Shown here one piece after another: positions 10,581 through 21,116 of a stretch of DNA of 64,000 nt. The notes beneath the pieces are model-generated. The model ran no database searches. It was not told the origin of the DNA and saw only the letters and a program-made list of their open reading frames with translations. Positions within the stretch are counted from its first letter, which is position 1, and the number at the start of each line of letters is the position of its first letter. Source of the stretch: an uncultured delta proteobacterium. Its GTDB lineage: Bacteria; Desulfobacterota; Zymogenia; Zymogenales; Zymogenaceae. The position numbers and the translations under genes were made by a program. The DNA lies in contig CAWKCL010000007.1 in NCBI GenBank assembly GCA_963848155.1, forward strand, positions 9,363 through 73,362. Direction: 5' to 3'.

Positions 10581-11749
10581 ATGACGGAAAATCGAAACCA
10601 GAACGACCGGCCGGGGAGGCCGGCGGCGGGGCGACGGCTCGTCCCGTATCAGAAGTTTATCGCGGTGGGCATCGGCGTGATCCTGGCGGTAGTCCTCGTG
10701 GTCGCGCTGAGGGCGCTGGGGCCGATCCTCAAGCCCTTTCTGATCGCGGTCTTCTTCTGTATCCTGATCTACCCCATCGAGCGGCTGCTGGTGCGTGTGA
10801 AGGTACCGCGCCTCGTCGCCTATCTCCTGATCTTCGGCGTCGTGATCACGGCCGGTTATTTCATGGGCAAGCTCATTTCCTACAACGTCCGGGCTTTTTC
10901 CGACGAGCTGCCGGCCTATGAAGCAAACGATACGGTCGCACGTCGAACGGCTCGACGGGTATATCCGGGATATGGATATCCTCAAAGAGCTGGACATCCC
11001 CGACGAATTGAACCTGAGGGATATGGTCGCCCCCGGCCACTTTTCCGTCGACAGGTTTAAAATGATCGCCCGAAAGAGCATCGGGTCAGTCCTTTCGCTT
11101 GACCGCCAACACCGTGGTGGTGCTGCTGTTGATGATATTCATTCTCCTCGAAACCGAGCACTTCCCGGCGCGTATCGTCTACGCCTACGGGGAGGCCCGC
11201 TCGGCCAAGATCCTCGAGGTGGCCGGGACCATCGTCGGCGACGTCATGAAGTACCTGTCGGTAAAGACCCTGATCGCCGTTATCACCGGGCTCCTCTTTA
11301 CGGGCTTTTTGGGGGCCTGCGGCGTGGAGTTCTTCGTCCTCTGGGGGGTCCTGGCCTTCGTGCTCCATTTTATCCCGTACGTCGGGTCGTACGCCGCCGC
11401 GCTGCTGCCGGTGGCGATGGTCTTTATACAGTTCACCCCGGGGGCGGCTTTGCTGATGCTGGCGGTGCTGGTCATAATCCAGCTCGTGCTCGGCAGCTAC
11501 GTGGAGCCGCGGGTCATGGGCAGGGAGCTGAAGCTCTCCCCCCTCTTTATCGTGCTGGCGCTGGCCTTCTGGGGCTGGGTATGGGGGATCGTGGGGGTAT
11601 TCCTGGCCGTACCGATCACCGCGACGATAAAGATCGTCATGGAGAACTTCTCCGGCACCCGCGGCATCGCCCGGATCATGAGCGACGTGACCGAGGGGAC
11701 GCTCAGGAAAAAGGACACCCAGAAGGGACGGGCCGCCGGCGGCCGATAA
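10581..11749 (+). pseudogene. AI-2E family transporter paralog, two frameshifts
   Basis: Three frame segments (10581-, 10918-, 11099-11749) are collinear with the upstream paralog (ILKPFLIAVFF...; IGSVLSL; HFIPYVGSY; GSYVEPRVMGRELKLSPLFIVLALAFWGWVWGIVGVFLAVPITA). Breaks near 10922 and 11097. Confidence 0.75.
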
Positions 11750-11831
11750 CACGGACAATCAGGGATTCGCGAAAAAAGGGCGGCGCATCGTATGCGCCGC
11801 CCGTTACGTTATATATTGATCGATACGGACC

Positions 11832-12937
11832 TTACACCATCTCCAGCGGCTGGTAGGGCGTTTCGAAATAGCGGTGGTATCTCTCCGGCAGCGTCCGGTA
11901 GTCGACCCCCTTCGTCTTCTGTTCTATCTTCACCGAGTTGTAGCTGTTCCAGAACAGCACGGTCTTGTCCTTCAACGCTCCCGCCCGGGCGCTGTGCATC
12001 ATGGCCGCGGCGGTCTTGCCGGTGTAGGTACCGTCCAGGTCGATACCGCAGGACCTCTTGAAGAGCCTGACGGCCGACATCCCGTCCTCGGAAAAACAGG
12101 CGTAGCCGGTGCCGATGCAGTCGTGAACGACGGTGAGGTCTGCCTCCGCCAGGGTAATGCCGGCAAAGGACTTCTCGTATCGGCCCAGTATCCGCGCCGC
12201 GCCGTCGGCAAGCTCCTTTGCCTTGGGAAAGCTCGCGTACTGCAGGTCCGATACGCGGACCGCCACCACCTTCGTCGGCAAGCCCGAGCGCCTTGACGCC
12301 GAGGGCGAGGCTGGCGGCCGTGCCGGAGGAGCCGATGGTGACATAGATGAAATCGGGCACGGGGGCGAGGCCGGCGTCGATCTGCCGCTTGAGCTCGTAA
12401 ACCCCGCTCATCCCCCCGATCACGCCCAGGGGGCTCGATCCGCCGGCGGCTATGATATAGGGGAAGTCTCCCGGTCGTCACCAGGCAGCGCGCCGAGATC
12501 GCAAGCGTCCCGAGGACGATCGGCCGGCGTATTCGGAAATTCGTGGAGCTCGGCCCCGACGAGCTTCTGGTAGAGGAGGTTCTTCCCGACGTACCGGGCG
12601 TTCTGCTGGGGCAGGTGCATCGAGATGGGATTGATCCCCATCTGCTTGGCGAATACGGCCGCCGCCAGCGTGAAGTTGGAGCCCGCGTAGCCGAAGGCGA
12701 TGGCGTGGGACGCCTTTTTTTTCAGCGCGTCGCCGAGGATGAACTCCAGCTTCCTGACCTTGTTTCCGCCGTAGAGATTCGAGCTCTTGTCGTCCCGCTT
12801 GATATAGAGTTGGCCTTGATGCCCAGCTCCTTTTCAAGACCGGTCAAACGCTCGACGGGGGTGGGGTAGGTGCCGAAATCGCAATGGGGTATCTTGTCGG
12901 AAAGGCCGGGGTACGCGGCCAGCAGCGGGTTTGTCAT
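11832..12937 (-). pseudogene. PLP-dependent D-cysteine desulfhydrase/ACC deaminase family enzyme, at least 4 frameshifts
   Basis: Reassembled from four minus-strand frames: FGTYPTPVERL, LYIKRDDKSSNLYGGNKVRKLEFIL (PLP-Lys motif), YIIAAGGSSPLGVIG, TIGSSGTAASLALG, DGTYTGKTAAAM. Breaks near 12815, 12520, 12455 and 12283. Confidence 0.7.
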
Positions 12938-13039
12938 AGGGACTCCTTTTCATTGTTGGAGCCATCGTATCGTTTTTGTTGAACAATTGCAAGGCGTTTT
13001 TCCTTGACAGGAAACGAAGTTAAGGGGACTATTGATATC

Positions 13040-13907
13040 ATGAACCGATTACTCGCGATTGTATCCGTTCTTACCGTCCTGGCAGTCCTGGGGATGCGCC
13101 GCTTTTGACGCCGAAGGTCCCGGTCTATAAGAACGGTGCGCTCAACGAGGTCTTCTGGGCCGATGAAAAGTTCGCGGGAGAGCTGGCCGAAATCCCCGGC
13201 GTCAATACCGCAGATCCCCGTATGTCGGCGGCGGTTTCGGCGCTGTGGGCCGACTACCGCGGCGCGCGGTTCACAGGCGCCTTTGGCCAGATCATGGCGT
13301 TGGAAATCCCGGGGCGCGGGCCTACTGCTCGCCCCTGGAGGCGACCCTGTGGCTCTATATCGAAGACCCGGCGGGGCCCGTGAAATCCTTTCCGACTACA
13401 GCCTGGAGAAGCTATTGACGGTATCGTGGCGAAAGTGCACCGGAGACCGATGGGACGAATGGGAGGAGATCCGCGCCCGCCTGTCGGCGCCCTGTCGCTG
13501 TGCGCCTATTACACGAAGAAGGCCCTCCGGTATATCGCGGAGCGCAACGACGGCAAGAACTACCTCCAGTCGCCCTACGAAACGATCCTCATGCAGGGGG
13601 GGACTGCGAGGATTTCGCGGCGTTGATCGTCGAGGCCCTCGAGTACGGCGGCTGGTATGCCCGGTTATTCACCGTTGATATCTACTGGCACGAGAAGAAG
13701 CTCATAAAGTCCCACACGGTGGCATGTTTCCGGGACGGCGGTCAATGGTACTTCATCCAGGGGTACGATGGGAAGTATCTGGCCGGCGGGGTGATGGGGC
13801 CATTTGCCCAGGCAGGCGAGATGGCCGATTACATCGCCGGCAGTATCGGGGGGGAGACCTACTACTATTACATCTCACACCGCCCTCGAGTTCCTCGACG
13901 CCTATAA
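13040..13907 (+). pseudogene. secreted transglutaminase-like cysteine-peptidase domain protein, at least 5 frameshifts
   Basis: Signal-peptide-like start MNRLLAIVSVLTVLAVLG. Catalytic-Cys-like motif GGDCEDFAALIVEAL, then SHTVACF...WYFIQGYDG. Only readable by frame switches near 13092, 13311, 13381, 13487 and 13596-13602 (G7 run). The 3' end is uncertain. Confidence 0.45.
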
Positions 13908-14855
13908 AGACCTCAACCGGGGAAGACCCTGAAACAGACGCGAGGGGCGTGCGCCCCTCGCGGTGTCGTTGCCGGTAGAGAACCTGCCGTATCGGCAGGA
14001 TTGCGCCTCTCCTTTGATGGCGATGGGCGGGCCTCCCGTTACTTTCCCGGTGAATTTCGCGTCGCGTTTTTCCATCTTGGCCATGAGCCCCTCACGTACG
14101 TCCTGGGTCCCCACGAGGCTGGTCTGGGCCACCCCTTCCAGGTCCATGAAGCTCCTGATATCCAGCGGCTGGCCCAGGTTGATAACCCGTTTGGCGAGCC
14201 CGACGGCCAGCGGCGCGTTCTTGTTGAGGGTCTCGGCGAGCGCCATCGCGCCCTCGAAGGCGTCGTCGACCACGTCGTTGAAGAGCTGGATGGCCTGGGC
14301 CTCCCGTGCGTCGATGACCTTGGCCGTCATAATGAGCTCTTTTGCCTTGATGGGACCGATGAGCTTGGTGAGGCGGGAGGTGCCGCCCACGTCGGGGATG
14401 AAGCCGACCGCGGTTTCCTGGATGGCGATCTTCGTGCCGACCTGGCCGATTCGGAAATCCCCCGACAGGATAAGCTCGGTGGCCATGCCAAAGCAGAAGC
14501 CATGGACCGCAAAGATGACCGGTTTTTCGATGTCATAGATCACGTTGACGACATCCTGCATCACCCGGATGATCTTACGGGCCAGGGGAGGCGAAGCGTC
14601 TAAAAGCCCGGTGCCTGCCAGTGCGGCGAAATCGACCCCGGCAGAGAAGCCTTTACCCTCTCCCCTGATGACGATGGATCGGACCTGGGGGTCGGTATAG
14701 ACGGCGTCGACCGCATCCCTGATGCCGAACATCATGTCGCCGTTAAGCGCGTTTCTTTTTTCGGAACGGGCCAGTGTTATGATGAGGGTAGGGCCTCTTC
14801 GTTCGGTGGTAACCTTCGATCTGTCGTAGTCTTTGTCATTGAGGAAATCGGACAT
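13902..14855 (-). CDS. enoyl-CoA hydratase/isomerase (crotonase) family protein; C-terminal 45 aa probably a read-through artefact
   Basis: RNALNGDM, GEGKGFSAGVDF oxyanion-hole motif, AVHGFCFGMATEL, GFIPDVGGTSRL. ATG 14855 is preceded by AAGGAGG. The homologous part ends at ...AKFTGK (about 14042), where a 1-nt shift would expose a TAA. Confidence 0.8.
   Translation of the reverse strand: MSDFLNDKDYDRSKVTTERRGPTLIITLARSEKRNALNGDMMFGIRDAVDAVYTDPQVRSIVIRGEGKGFSAGVDFAALAGTGLLDASPPLARKIIRVMQDVVNVIYDIEKPVIFAVHGFCFGMATELILSGDFRIGQVGTKIAIQETAVGFIPDVGGTSRLTKLIGPIKAKELIMTAKVIDAREAQAIQLFNDVVDDAFEGAMALAETLNKNAPLAVGLAKRVINLGQPLDIRSFMDLEGVAQTSLVGTQDVREGLMAKMEKRDAKFTGKVTGGPPIAIKGEAQSCRYGRFSTGNDTARGARPSRLFQGLPRLRSL
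13940..13961. terminator. GC-rich hairpin between convergent genes
   Basis: GCGAGGGGCG-TG-CGCCCCTCGC perfect 10-bp inverted repeat. A second hairpin CCTGCCG-TAT-CGGCAGG lies at 13983-13999. Confidence 0.5.
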
Positions 14856-14996
14856 GTGCCCCTCCTTGAGAAGTAGTGAGGTAGAATCATCGTAAGACCG
14901 TGCCCTCGTCCGGCAGGTCATTCCAAGTCAATGATACTCGTATATCAGGTTTTTACCGCTCCTGTCAAGCGATGAAGCAAACGGTGTCTTTTTGAC

Positions 14997-15025
14997 TTGA
15001 CAAACACCGAAATCATTGTTATTTT
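14997..15025 (+). promoter_or_regulatory. sigma-70-type promoter candidate for the hrcA-grpE-dnaK-dnaJ operon
   Basis: TTGACA at 14997-15002, 17-nt spacer, TATTTT at 15020-15025, immediately upstream of CIRCE. Confidence 0.4.
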
Positions 15026-15031
15026 TAAGTA

Positions 15032-15058
15032 TTAGCACTCTTATATGCGGAGTGCTAA
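15032..15058 (+). promoter_or_regulatory. CIRCE operator (HrcA binding site)
   Basis: Exact consensus TTAGCACTC-N9-GAGTGCTAA (TTAGCACTCttatatgcgGAGTGCTAA), 33 nt upstream of the hrcA start. Confidence 0.95.
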
Positions 15059-15090
15059 AAGCGTATGGGGAGACCAATGGGGAAAACGGT

Positions 15091-16134
15091 ATGGGTATGG
15101 AGATAGAACTCAGCAACAGGGCAAAGACCGTCCTCTTTACCATTATTACCGACTTTATCAGGACCGGTGATCCGGTAGGTTCCCGGACGATCTCCAAGCG
15201 GGGGGCGCTCGACGTATCCCCGGCCACGATACGCAATATTATGGCCGACCTCGAAGAAGTCGGGCTGCTGGCCCAGCCCCATACGTCGGCCGGCCGTGTT
15301 CCCACGGAGCGCGCATATCGTTTCTACGTGGACAGCCTGGTTCAGGTATCCGATCTTACCGCCACCGAAGAGCGGATGATAGAAAAAAGCCTTAATCCGC
15401 CCACCCGGGAGCTCAAGGACGTGGTCAGAGAGACGTCCCGGGTCCTTTCCGAGATGTCCCGGTGCGTCTCCATGGTCAGCACACCAAGCTTCTCCGAGAC
15501 ACTATTCAAATATATCGATTTCGTAAAGCTTTCGGAAAACAGGATACTGGCCATACTCGTATCCAAGACCGGCATGATATTTAATAAGCTCATCATCGTT
15601 GAAGATGAATTCAGCCAGGATAAGCTCGCCTGGATGTCACGCTATCTCAACGACGTTCTGTCGGACATGACGCTCAAGGAGGTCAGGCGCACGATCATAC
15701 AGGAAATGCAAAAGGAAAAGAACCTCTACGATAGCATTCTCATGAATGCCCTGAAGATGTCCCGGAACCTGTTTGATGCCGAGATTATTGATGATGAGCT
15801 ATTCATCGAGGGAAGCACCTATATCTTCGATTATCCGGAGTTTACCGATATCACCAGGATGAAAGAGATATTCAAGACCTTCGAGAATAAAAATAACCTG
15901 ATCAAACTGCTCGACAAGGTAACGCGGGCCGAAGGCGTAAAGGTATACATCGGTTCGGAGACCAATATCCAGACGATGAGGGACTGTACCCTTGTGGCAT
16001 CCCCCTATCGTAAGGAAGGCAATATCCTCGGGAGTATCGGTGTCATAGGTCCCACCCGGATGGACTATGCGAAGGTGATACCGATCGTCGATTTTACCGC
16101 GCACCTGATCACAAGACTACTGGACGAGGAGTAA
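15091..16134 (+). CDS. hrcA: heat-inducible transcription repressor HrcA
   Basis: LSNRAKTVLFTIITDFIRTGDPVGSRTISK...SPATIRNIMADLEEVGLLAQPHTSAGRVPTERAYRFYVDSL. The start is placed after CIRCE (ATG 15091 or 15097), not at the 15016 ORF-track start. Confidence 0.9.
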   Translation: MGMEIELSNRAKTVLFTIITDFIRTGDPVGSRTISKRGALDVSPATIRNIMADLEEVGLLAQPHTSAGRVPTERAYRFYVDSLVQVSDLTATEERMIEKSLNPPTRELKDVVRETSRVLSEMSRCVSMVSTPSFSETLFKYIDFVKLSENRILAILVSKTGMIFNKLIIVEDEFSQDKLAWMSRYLNDVLSDMTLKEVRRTIIQEMQKEKNLYDSILMNALKMSRNLFDAEIIDDELFIEGSTYIFDYPEFTDITRMKEIFKTFENKNNLIKLLDKVTRAEGVKVYIGSETNIQTMRDCTLVASPYRKEGNILGSIGVIGPTRMDYAKVIPIVDFTAHLITRLLDEE

Positions 16135-16141
16135 GCGGAGT

Positions 16142-16910
16142 ATGACCGATAAAGAGAAGAAGCGACACGAAGCAGAGCCGGTACGGGAAGGCGAAAGCGA
16201 CGAAGTGTCCCGTGAGGCGATAGACAGGACGGTATCCGAGATAGAAGGCGTCGATCCGGCCGATAGCCGAAAGGCAGCGGCGGAACAGGACGGTCACGAG
16301 GAGCACGGCGTCAAGGACAAATCGGGCGATAAGAAATCAAAGCAGCGGCTCGGCGACGAACTCGAAAAGGCACGGGCGGAGGCGAAAGAGCTGCACGAGC
16401 GCTACCTCCGTTCGGCGGCGGATCTCGATAATTTCAAGAAGCGTATGCAAAAGGAAACGGATGAAAACCGGAAGTACGCCAATGAAGAGCTGATAAAGGC
16501 CATGATCCCAACCGTCGATAATCTTGAACGGGCCATTACCCATAGTGAGGGGAACGCCGATCAGGATGCATTGTTGGAGGGGATTAAGAATGGTGTATAG
16601 GCAGCTTATCGATACCCTCGCGAAATTCGGCGTTGAGCAGATTGCGTCCCTCGGCAAACCGTTTGACCCTAATTTGCACCAGGCCCTCATGCAAGTCAAG
16701 ACGAACCAGTCCCCACCGAACACCGTTGTAACAGAGGTTACGAAGGGCTACCTCCTTAACGGCCGCCTTATCAGGCCTTCGATGGTGGGTGTTTCCGTCA
16801 GGGAAGGTGACGAGACCCCGCAAGAATCCCCCTGGGGAGATGAGGAACTTCGGCAAGAGCAAGATGTCCCCGATAAAAATGACGGGGATATAATAGACGA
16901 TTCTGAGTAG
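16142..16910 (+). pseudogene. grpE: nucleotide exchange factor GrpE, one frameshift
   Basis: YLRSAADLDNFKKRMQKE...MIPTVDNLERA in the first frame. MVYRQLIDTLAKFGVEQIASLGKPFDPNLHQALM...VVTEVTKGYLLNGRLIRPSMVGVS in the 16524-16910 frame. Break near 16586-16592. Confidence 0.9.
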
Positions 16911-16946
16911 CGCGGGAACGCATCCCGACGATGAAGGAGGAATGAG

Positions 16947-18878
16947 ATGTCAAAGGTTATCGGGATAGATCTGGGGACGACCAATTCGTGCGTCGCCGTC
17001 ATGGAGGCCGGTGAGTCAAAAGTGCTTACCAACTCCGAGGGGAGCCGGACCACTCCGTCGGTTGTCGCATTCACCGACAGCAACGAGCGGATCGTGGGCC
17101 AGGTCGCCAAGCGACAAGCGATTACCAACCCGGAGCGCACGATATACGCCGTAAAACGACTGATCGGCAGGAAGTATGAGGACAAGGAAGTACAGAAGGA
17201 TATAAAGGTTTGCTCCTATAAGATCACCCGGGCGGCCAACGGCGATGCCCAGGTCACCGTCGGGGACAAAAACTACAGCCCCGCCGAGATATCGGCAATG
17301 GTTCTTACCAAGATGAAGCAGACGGCCGAGGACTACCTGGGGGAGCCGGTCACCGACGCGGTCGTAACCGTCCCCGCCTACTTTAACGACAGCCAGCGCC
17401 AGGCCACCAAAGACGCAGGCAGAGTTGCCGGCCTCAACGTCCTCAGGATCATCAACGAGCCGACGGCTGCCTCCCTGGCCTACGGCCTTGACAAGAAAAA
17501 GGAAGAAAAAATCGCCGTCTTTGACCTTGGGGGCGGTACGTTTGACATCTCGATCCTGGAACTCGGCGACGGCGTCTTTGAAGTCAAGTCGACGAACGGC
17601 GACACCCACCTCGGCGGTGAGGATTTTGACCAGAAAATAATCGAATACCTGGCCGATGAATTCAAGAAGGATCAGGGGATCGATTTACGGGGCGATAAGA
17701 TGGCGCTCCAGCGCCTCAAGGAAGCCGGTGAGAAGGCCAAGATGGAGCTTTCAACCTCCATGGAGACCGATATAAACCTCCCGTTTATAACGGCCGACAG
17801 CGCCGGCCCTAAACACCTCAATATCAAGCTGACGCGGTCCAAGCTCGAGGCGCTGGTCGACGACCTCATTCAGAAGCTCGACGGTCCCTGCCGCACCGCC
17901 ATAAAGGACGCGGGGATGACTTCTGCCGACATCAACGAGGTCATCCTCGTGGGCGGCATGACCCGTATGCCCAAGGTCCAGCAGAAAGTCAAGGAGATCT
18001 TCGGCAAGGAGCCCCATAAGGGTGTCAATCCCGATGAGGTCGTTGCCATGGGTGCGGCCATCCAGGGAGGGGTGCTCAGGGGCGAGGTGAAGGACGTTCT
18101 GCTTCTGGACGTGACGCCGTTGTCGCTGGGCATAGAAACCCTCGGCGGAGTATCCACCAAGCTCATCGAGAAAAACACCACTATTCCCACCAAGAAGAGC
18201 CAGGTCTTCTCCACTGCCGCCGACAGCCAGACGGCCGTTTCGATCCACGTGCTGCAGGGCGAGCGGGACATGGCGGCAGACAATAAGACCATCGGGAGGT
18301 TTGACCTGGTGGGTATTCCGCCGGCGCCGCGCGGTATCCCCCAGATCGAGGTCACGTTTGATATCGATGCCAACGGGATCATGCACGTATCGGCCAAGGA
18401 TCTCGGCACAGGCAAGGAGCAATCCATCAGGATCACGGCGTCCAGCGGCCTGTCGGAACAGGAGATCCAGCAGCTCGTCAAGGAAGCGGAATCACATGCC
18501 GACGAGGATAAAAAGAAACGCGACCTGGCCGAGGCACGAAATACCGCCGACGGGCTGGTATATACCACCGAAAAGTCGCTTGCCGAGTTCTCGGACAAGA
18601 TGGACCCGGCGGCCAAGTCGGACGTAGAGCAGGCCCTTGCCAAGGTGAAAAAGGCTATGGAGGGTACCGACGCGGAGGCCATTAAGTCGGCAACCGATGA
18701 GCTTACCAAGGCGTCCCACAAGCTGGCCGAAATGATATACGCCCAGGCGTCATCGGGCGCCGGCCCGCAGGGTCCTGAGGCGGGACCCGGGCCGGGTGCG
18801 GCGGGGGGCGCCGGGCCGAAGGGCGGTGGCGGCGGGGACGACGTCGTCGATGCCGACTTCGAAGAAGTCAAGAAATAG
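16947..18878 (+). CDS. dnaK: molecular chaperone DnaK (Hsp70)
   Basis: Intact 643-aa [50 protein letters not shown]. Confidence 0.98.
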   Translation: MSKVIGIDLGTTNSCVAVMEAGESKVLTNSEGSRTTPSVVAFTDSNERIVGQVAKRQAITNPERTIYAVKRLIGRKYEDKEVQKDIKVCSYKITRAANGDAQVTVGDKNYSPAEISAMVLTKMKQTAEDYLGEPVTDAVVTVPAYFNDSQRQATKDAGRVAGLNVLRIINEPTAASLAYGLDKKKEEKIAVFDLGGGTFDISILELGDGVFEVKSTNGDTHLGGEDFDQKIIEYLADEFKKDQGIDLRGDKMALQRLKEAGEKAKMELSTSMETDINLPFITADSAGPKHLNIKLTRSKLEALVDDLIQKLDGPCRTAIKDAGMTSADINEVILVGGMTRMPKVQQKVKEIFGKEPHKGVNPDEVVAMGAAIQGGVLRGEVKDVLLLDVTPLSLGIETLGGVSTKLIEKNTTIPTKKSQVFSTAADSQTAVSIHVLQGERDMAADNKTIGRFDLVGIPPAPRGIPQIEVTFDIDANGIMHVSAKDLGTGKEQSIRITASSGLSEQEIQQLVKEAESHADEDKKKRDLAEARNTADGLVYTTEKSLAEFSDKMDPAAKSDVEQALAKVKKAMEGTDAEAIKSATDELTKASHKLAEMIYAQASSGAGPQGPEAGPGPGAAGGAGPKGGGGGDDVVDADFEEVKK

Positions 18879-19081
18879 CCGAACATCGGCCTGTGATTAA
18901 TGATACGCCCGGTATCGCCCAACGGGGTACGCGTGATCACTCGGTCGACCGGACGGCGGCTATTCATCCTTCAAAAAATGCCGGACCGGGCTGTGTGATG
19001 ACGGACGGGCGGTCTTACTGTTATATATCCCGCGGATAGATACTCTATCGATGCGGCCAGGAGAGGGGAGATACGATCGCA

Positions 19082-20194
19082 GTGGAAAAAGCCGACTACT
19101 ATGACATACTCGGAGTTCAAAAGAACGTCGGCCAGGAGGAGATAAAGAAGGCCTATCGGAAGAAGGCGCTCAAGCATCACCCGGATAAGAACGCGGGGGA
19201 TAAAGCGGCCGAAGAGCAGTTCAAAGAGATCAACGAGGCCTATGTCGTCCTTTCGGACCCCGAAAAGCGTGAGATCTATGACCGTTACGGCCACGCCGCC
19301 TTCGAGGGGGGAGGGGCCGGCGGCTTTCGGGGTTTCGAGTCTGGATTCCGGGGTTTTGAGGATATCTTCTCGGACGTCTTCGGTGATATATTCGGCGCGG
19401 GCCGCAGGGGAGGGCGCGGCGTACGCGGCGCGGACCTGCGGTACCATCTGACCATCGATTTTACCGAAGCCGTCTTCGGAGTGGAGACCAAGATCCAGGT
19501 TCCGCGCCATGAGACATGCGAGCACTGCGGGGGCAGCGGGGCCGAACCGCCCGCCCGTCCGGAGACCTGCCCGACTTGCCGAGGCACGGGACAGATCAGG
19601 ACTCAACAGGGCTTTTTTGCCGTTTCACGAACGTGTTCACATTGCCGGGGGACGGGCCGGATCATCAAGAGCCCCTGTAAAGAATGCCGCGGGTCCGGCC
19701 AGGTAAAAAAGACCAGGACGCTCACCGTCAAGGTTCCCCACGGCGTGGAAACGGGCACCAGACTCAGGCTTTCGGGCGAGGGAGAAAAGGGGAGCGGCGC
19801 TACGGTGCCGGGTGACCTGTACGTAGTCATCGAGGTCAGACCCCATCCGATATTTGCGCGGCAGGGAAACGATATCGTTGTCATTGTACCGATCACGTTT
19901 CCGGAAGCGGCCCTCGGCGCCGAGATCGAGGTGCCGACGATCGAGGGGCTCGTAAAGCTTAAAATTAAGGCGGGCGCGCAGTCCGGAGAGACCCATGTCC
20001 TCAGGGGCAAGGGAGTACCCCATATATCCGGTCACGGCCGCGGCGATCAACACGTTGTAATGCGGGTGGAGACGCCCACGAAGCTAAGCCGACGGCAGCG
20101 GGATATCCTCGAGGAGTTTCGAAGAGAAAGCCGGGAAGAAACACACCCCGAGACACGAGGATTTTTCGAGAAGGTAAAGGAGATATTCCAGTAG
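19082..20194 (+). CDS. dnaJ: molecular chaperone DnaJ
   Basis: J domain DYYDILGV...[18 protein letters not shown]-rich region, four CxxCxGxG zinc-finger repeats ([32 protein letters not shown]). GTG start. Confidence 0.95.
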   Translation: MEKADYYDILGVQKNVGQEEIKKAYRKKALKHHPDKNAGDKAAEEQFKEINEAYVVLSDPEKREIYDRYGHAAFEGGGAGGFRGFESGFRGFEDIFSDVFGDIFGAGRRGGRGVRGADLRYHLTIDFTEAVFGVETKIQVPRHETCEHCGGSGAEPPARPETCPTCRGTGQIRTQQGFFAVSRTCSHCRGTGRIIKSPCKECRGSGQVKKTRTLTVKVPHGVETGTRLRLSGEGEKGSGATVPGDLYVVIEVRPHPIFARQGNDIVVIVPITFPEAALGAEIEVPTIEGLVKLKIKAGAQSGETHVLRGKGVPHISGHGRGDQHVVMRVETPTKLSRRQRDILEEFRRESREETHPETRGFFEKVKEIFQ

Positions 20195-20297
20195 ACACGA
20201 TGAGGCCTGCCCCTGGGGATAGGTGGAAAGTCTCCCTAATGGGAGGGGGCAAGACGGTTGCAGGGAAAAAGACCGTTATTGAAACATATAGAAAATG

Positions 20298-20327
20298 AAA
20301 AGGCCGCTGATACGTCAGCGGCCTTTC
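20298..20327. terminator. bidirectional intrinsic terminator between dnaJ and the TPR gene
   Basis: AAAA-GGCCGCTGA-TACG-TCAGCGGCC-TTTCTC, a 9-bp stem flanked by an A-run and a T-rich run. Confidence 0.65.
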
Positions 20328-20348
20328 TCGCACTGGGACCGAGGGTAC

Positions 20349-21053
20349 TCAGGACCCGATCATCTTCAGATAAAGCGCGGCGATCTTGTTGCCCGGTTCC
20401 AATTTCATGACGGCGGCCAGGACTTCTTTGGCCTGTTTGGGATTATTCATCTTGAAATGGCAGAGGGCCAGCGCCAGAAAAGCGGGGATGTAATCCCGTC
20501 GCTCCGAGACGGCCTTCTTGAGATGCGTAAGGGCGTCGTCATATCGGCCGGAGTCTCTCAGCGCGATTCCCAGCTTCGTCCTGATATCGACGAAATCGGG
20601 ATTCAATTTAAGGGCCTTCGTATATTCCTCTATAGCCTCTTCGTGCATGCCGAACGAGAGATATACGTCTGCAATATCCTTGTGTAGATTGGAGAGTTTA
20701 CCGAGAGAAAAAGGATCCAGGCCCTTGGGTGACGATTTGGTCTGAGCCCTGGCCTGGGCGTCGAGATAGACGGCTTTGGCTTTTTCAAGCGCGCCCATGT
20801 CGTTATAAATCACGGCCAGATTCATCGAGGCGTCGGTATAATTCGGGTTGATCTCCAGCGCCATCTCAAATGAGTGTACGGCCTTTTCGTATTTTCCCTG
20901 CTGGTGATAGATGATCCCGAGCATATTATAGACGTCTGCGAACTCGAATCCGTCCTGAACTACCCCGGAAAGATACCCTTCGGCCTTCTTGAAGTCCTGA
21001 TGGTCGAATGCCTCTTTCCCGAGCCAGTAGGTGTTGTTATCCATTTTGGCCAT
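20349..21053 (-). CDS. tetratricopeptide (TPR) repeat protein
   Basis: 234 aa of consecutive 34-aa TPR-like units (e.g. YNMLGIIYHQQGKYEKAVHSFEMALEINPNY, NLAVIYNDMGALEKAKAVY). Confidence 0.75.
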   Translation of the reverse strand: MAKMDNNTYWLGKEAFDHQDFKKAEGYLSGVVQDGFEFADVYNMLGIIYHQQGKYEKAVHSFEMALEINPNYTDASMNLAVIYNDMGALEKAKAVYLDAQARAQTKSSPKGLDPFSLGKLSNLHKDIADVYLSFGMHEEAIEEYTKALKLNPDFVDIRTKLGIALRDSGRYDDALTHLKKAVSERRDYIPAFLALALCHFKMNNPKQAKEVLAAVMKLEPGNKIAALYLKMIGS

Positions 21054-21116
21054 TTCTTTGTTTACCTGACGATCTTCCTATGTAACCTCGTGCCCATTTC
21101 AAGGGTACCGGATGAA

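Noticed and set aside
13040-13110. In-frame stops in interrupted genes (for example TGA at 13106, TGA at 31538, TAG at 16598) considered as selenocysteine/pyrrolysine or stop-codon read-through
   Set aside because: Translation continued in the same frame after each stop is nonsense. The conserved continuation is always in a shifted frame, so these are indels, not recoded stops.
17870-18967. 365-aa minus-strand ORF, with similar long antisense ORFs at 61849-63144, 49353-50390, 53692-54627, 9843-10547 and 46370-47113
   Set aside because: All are antisense to strongly supported genes (dnaK, valS, dxs/tlyA, xseA, AI-2E, hisB) and have low-complexity translations.
18879-19081. 200-nt dnaK-dnaJ spacer inspected for a small gene or RNA thermometer
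   Set aside because: It contains no convincing ORF, SD-sequestering hairpin or repeat. It is treated as an ordinary intergenic spacer.
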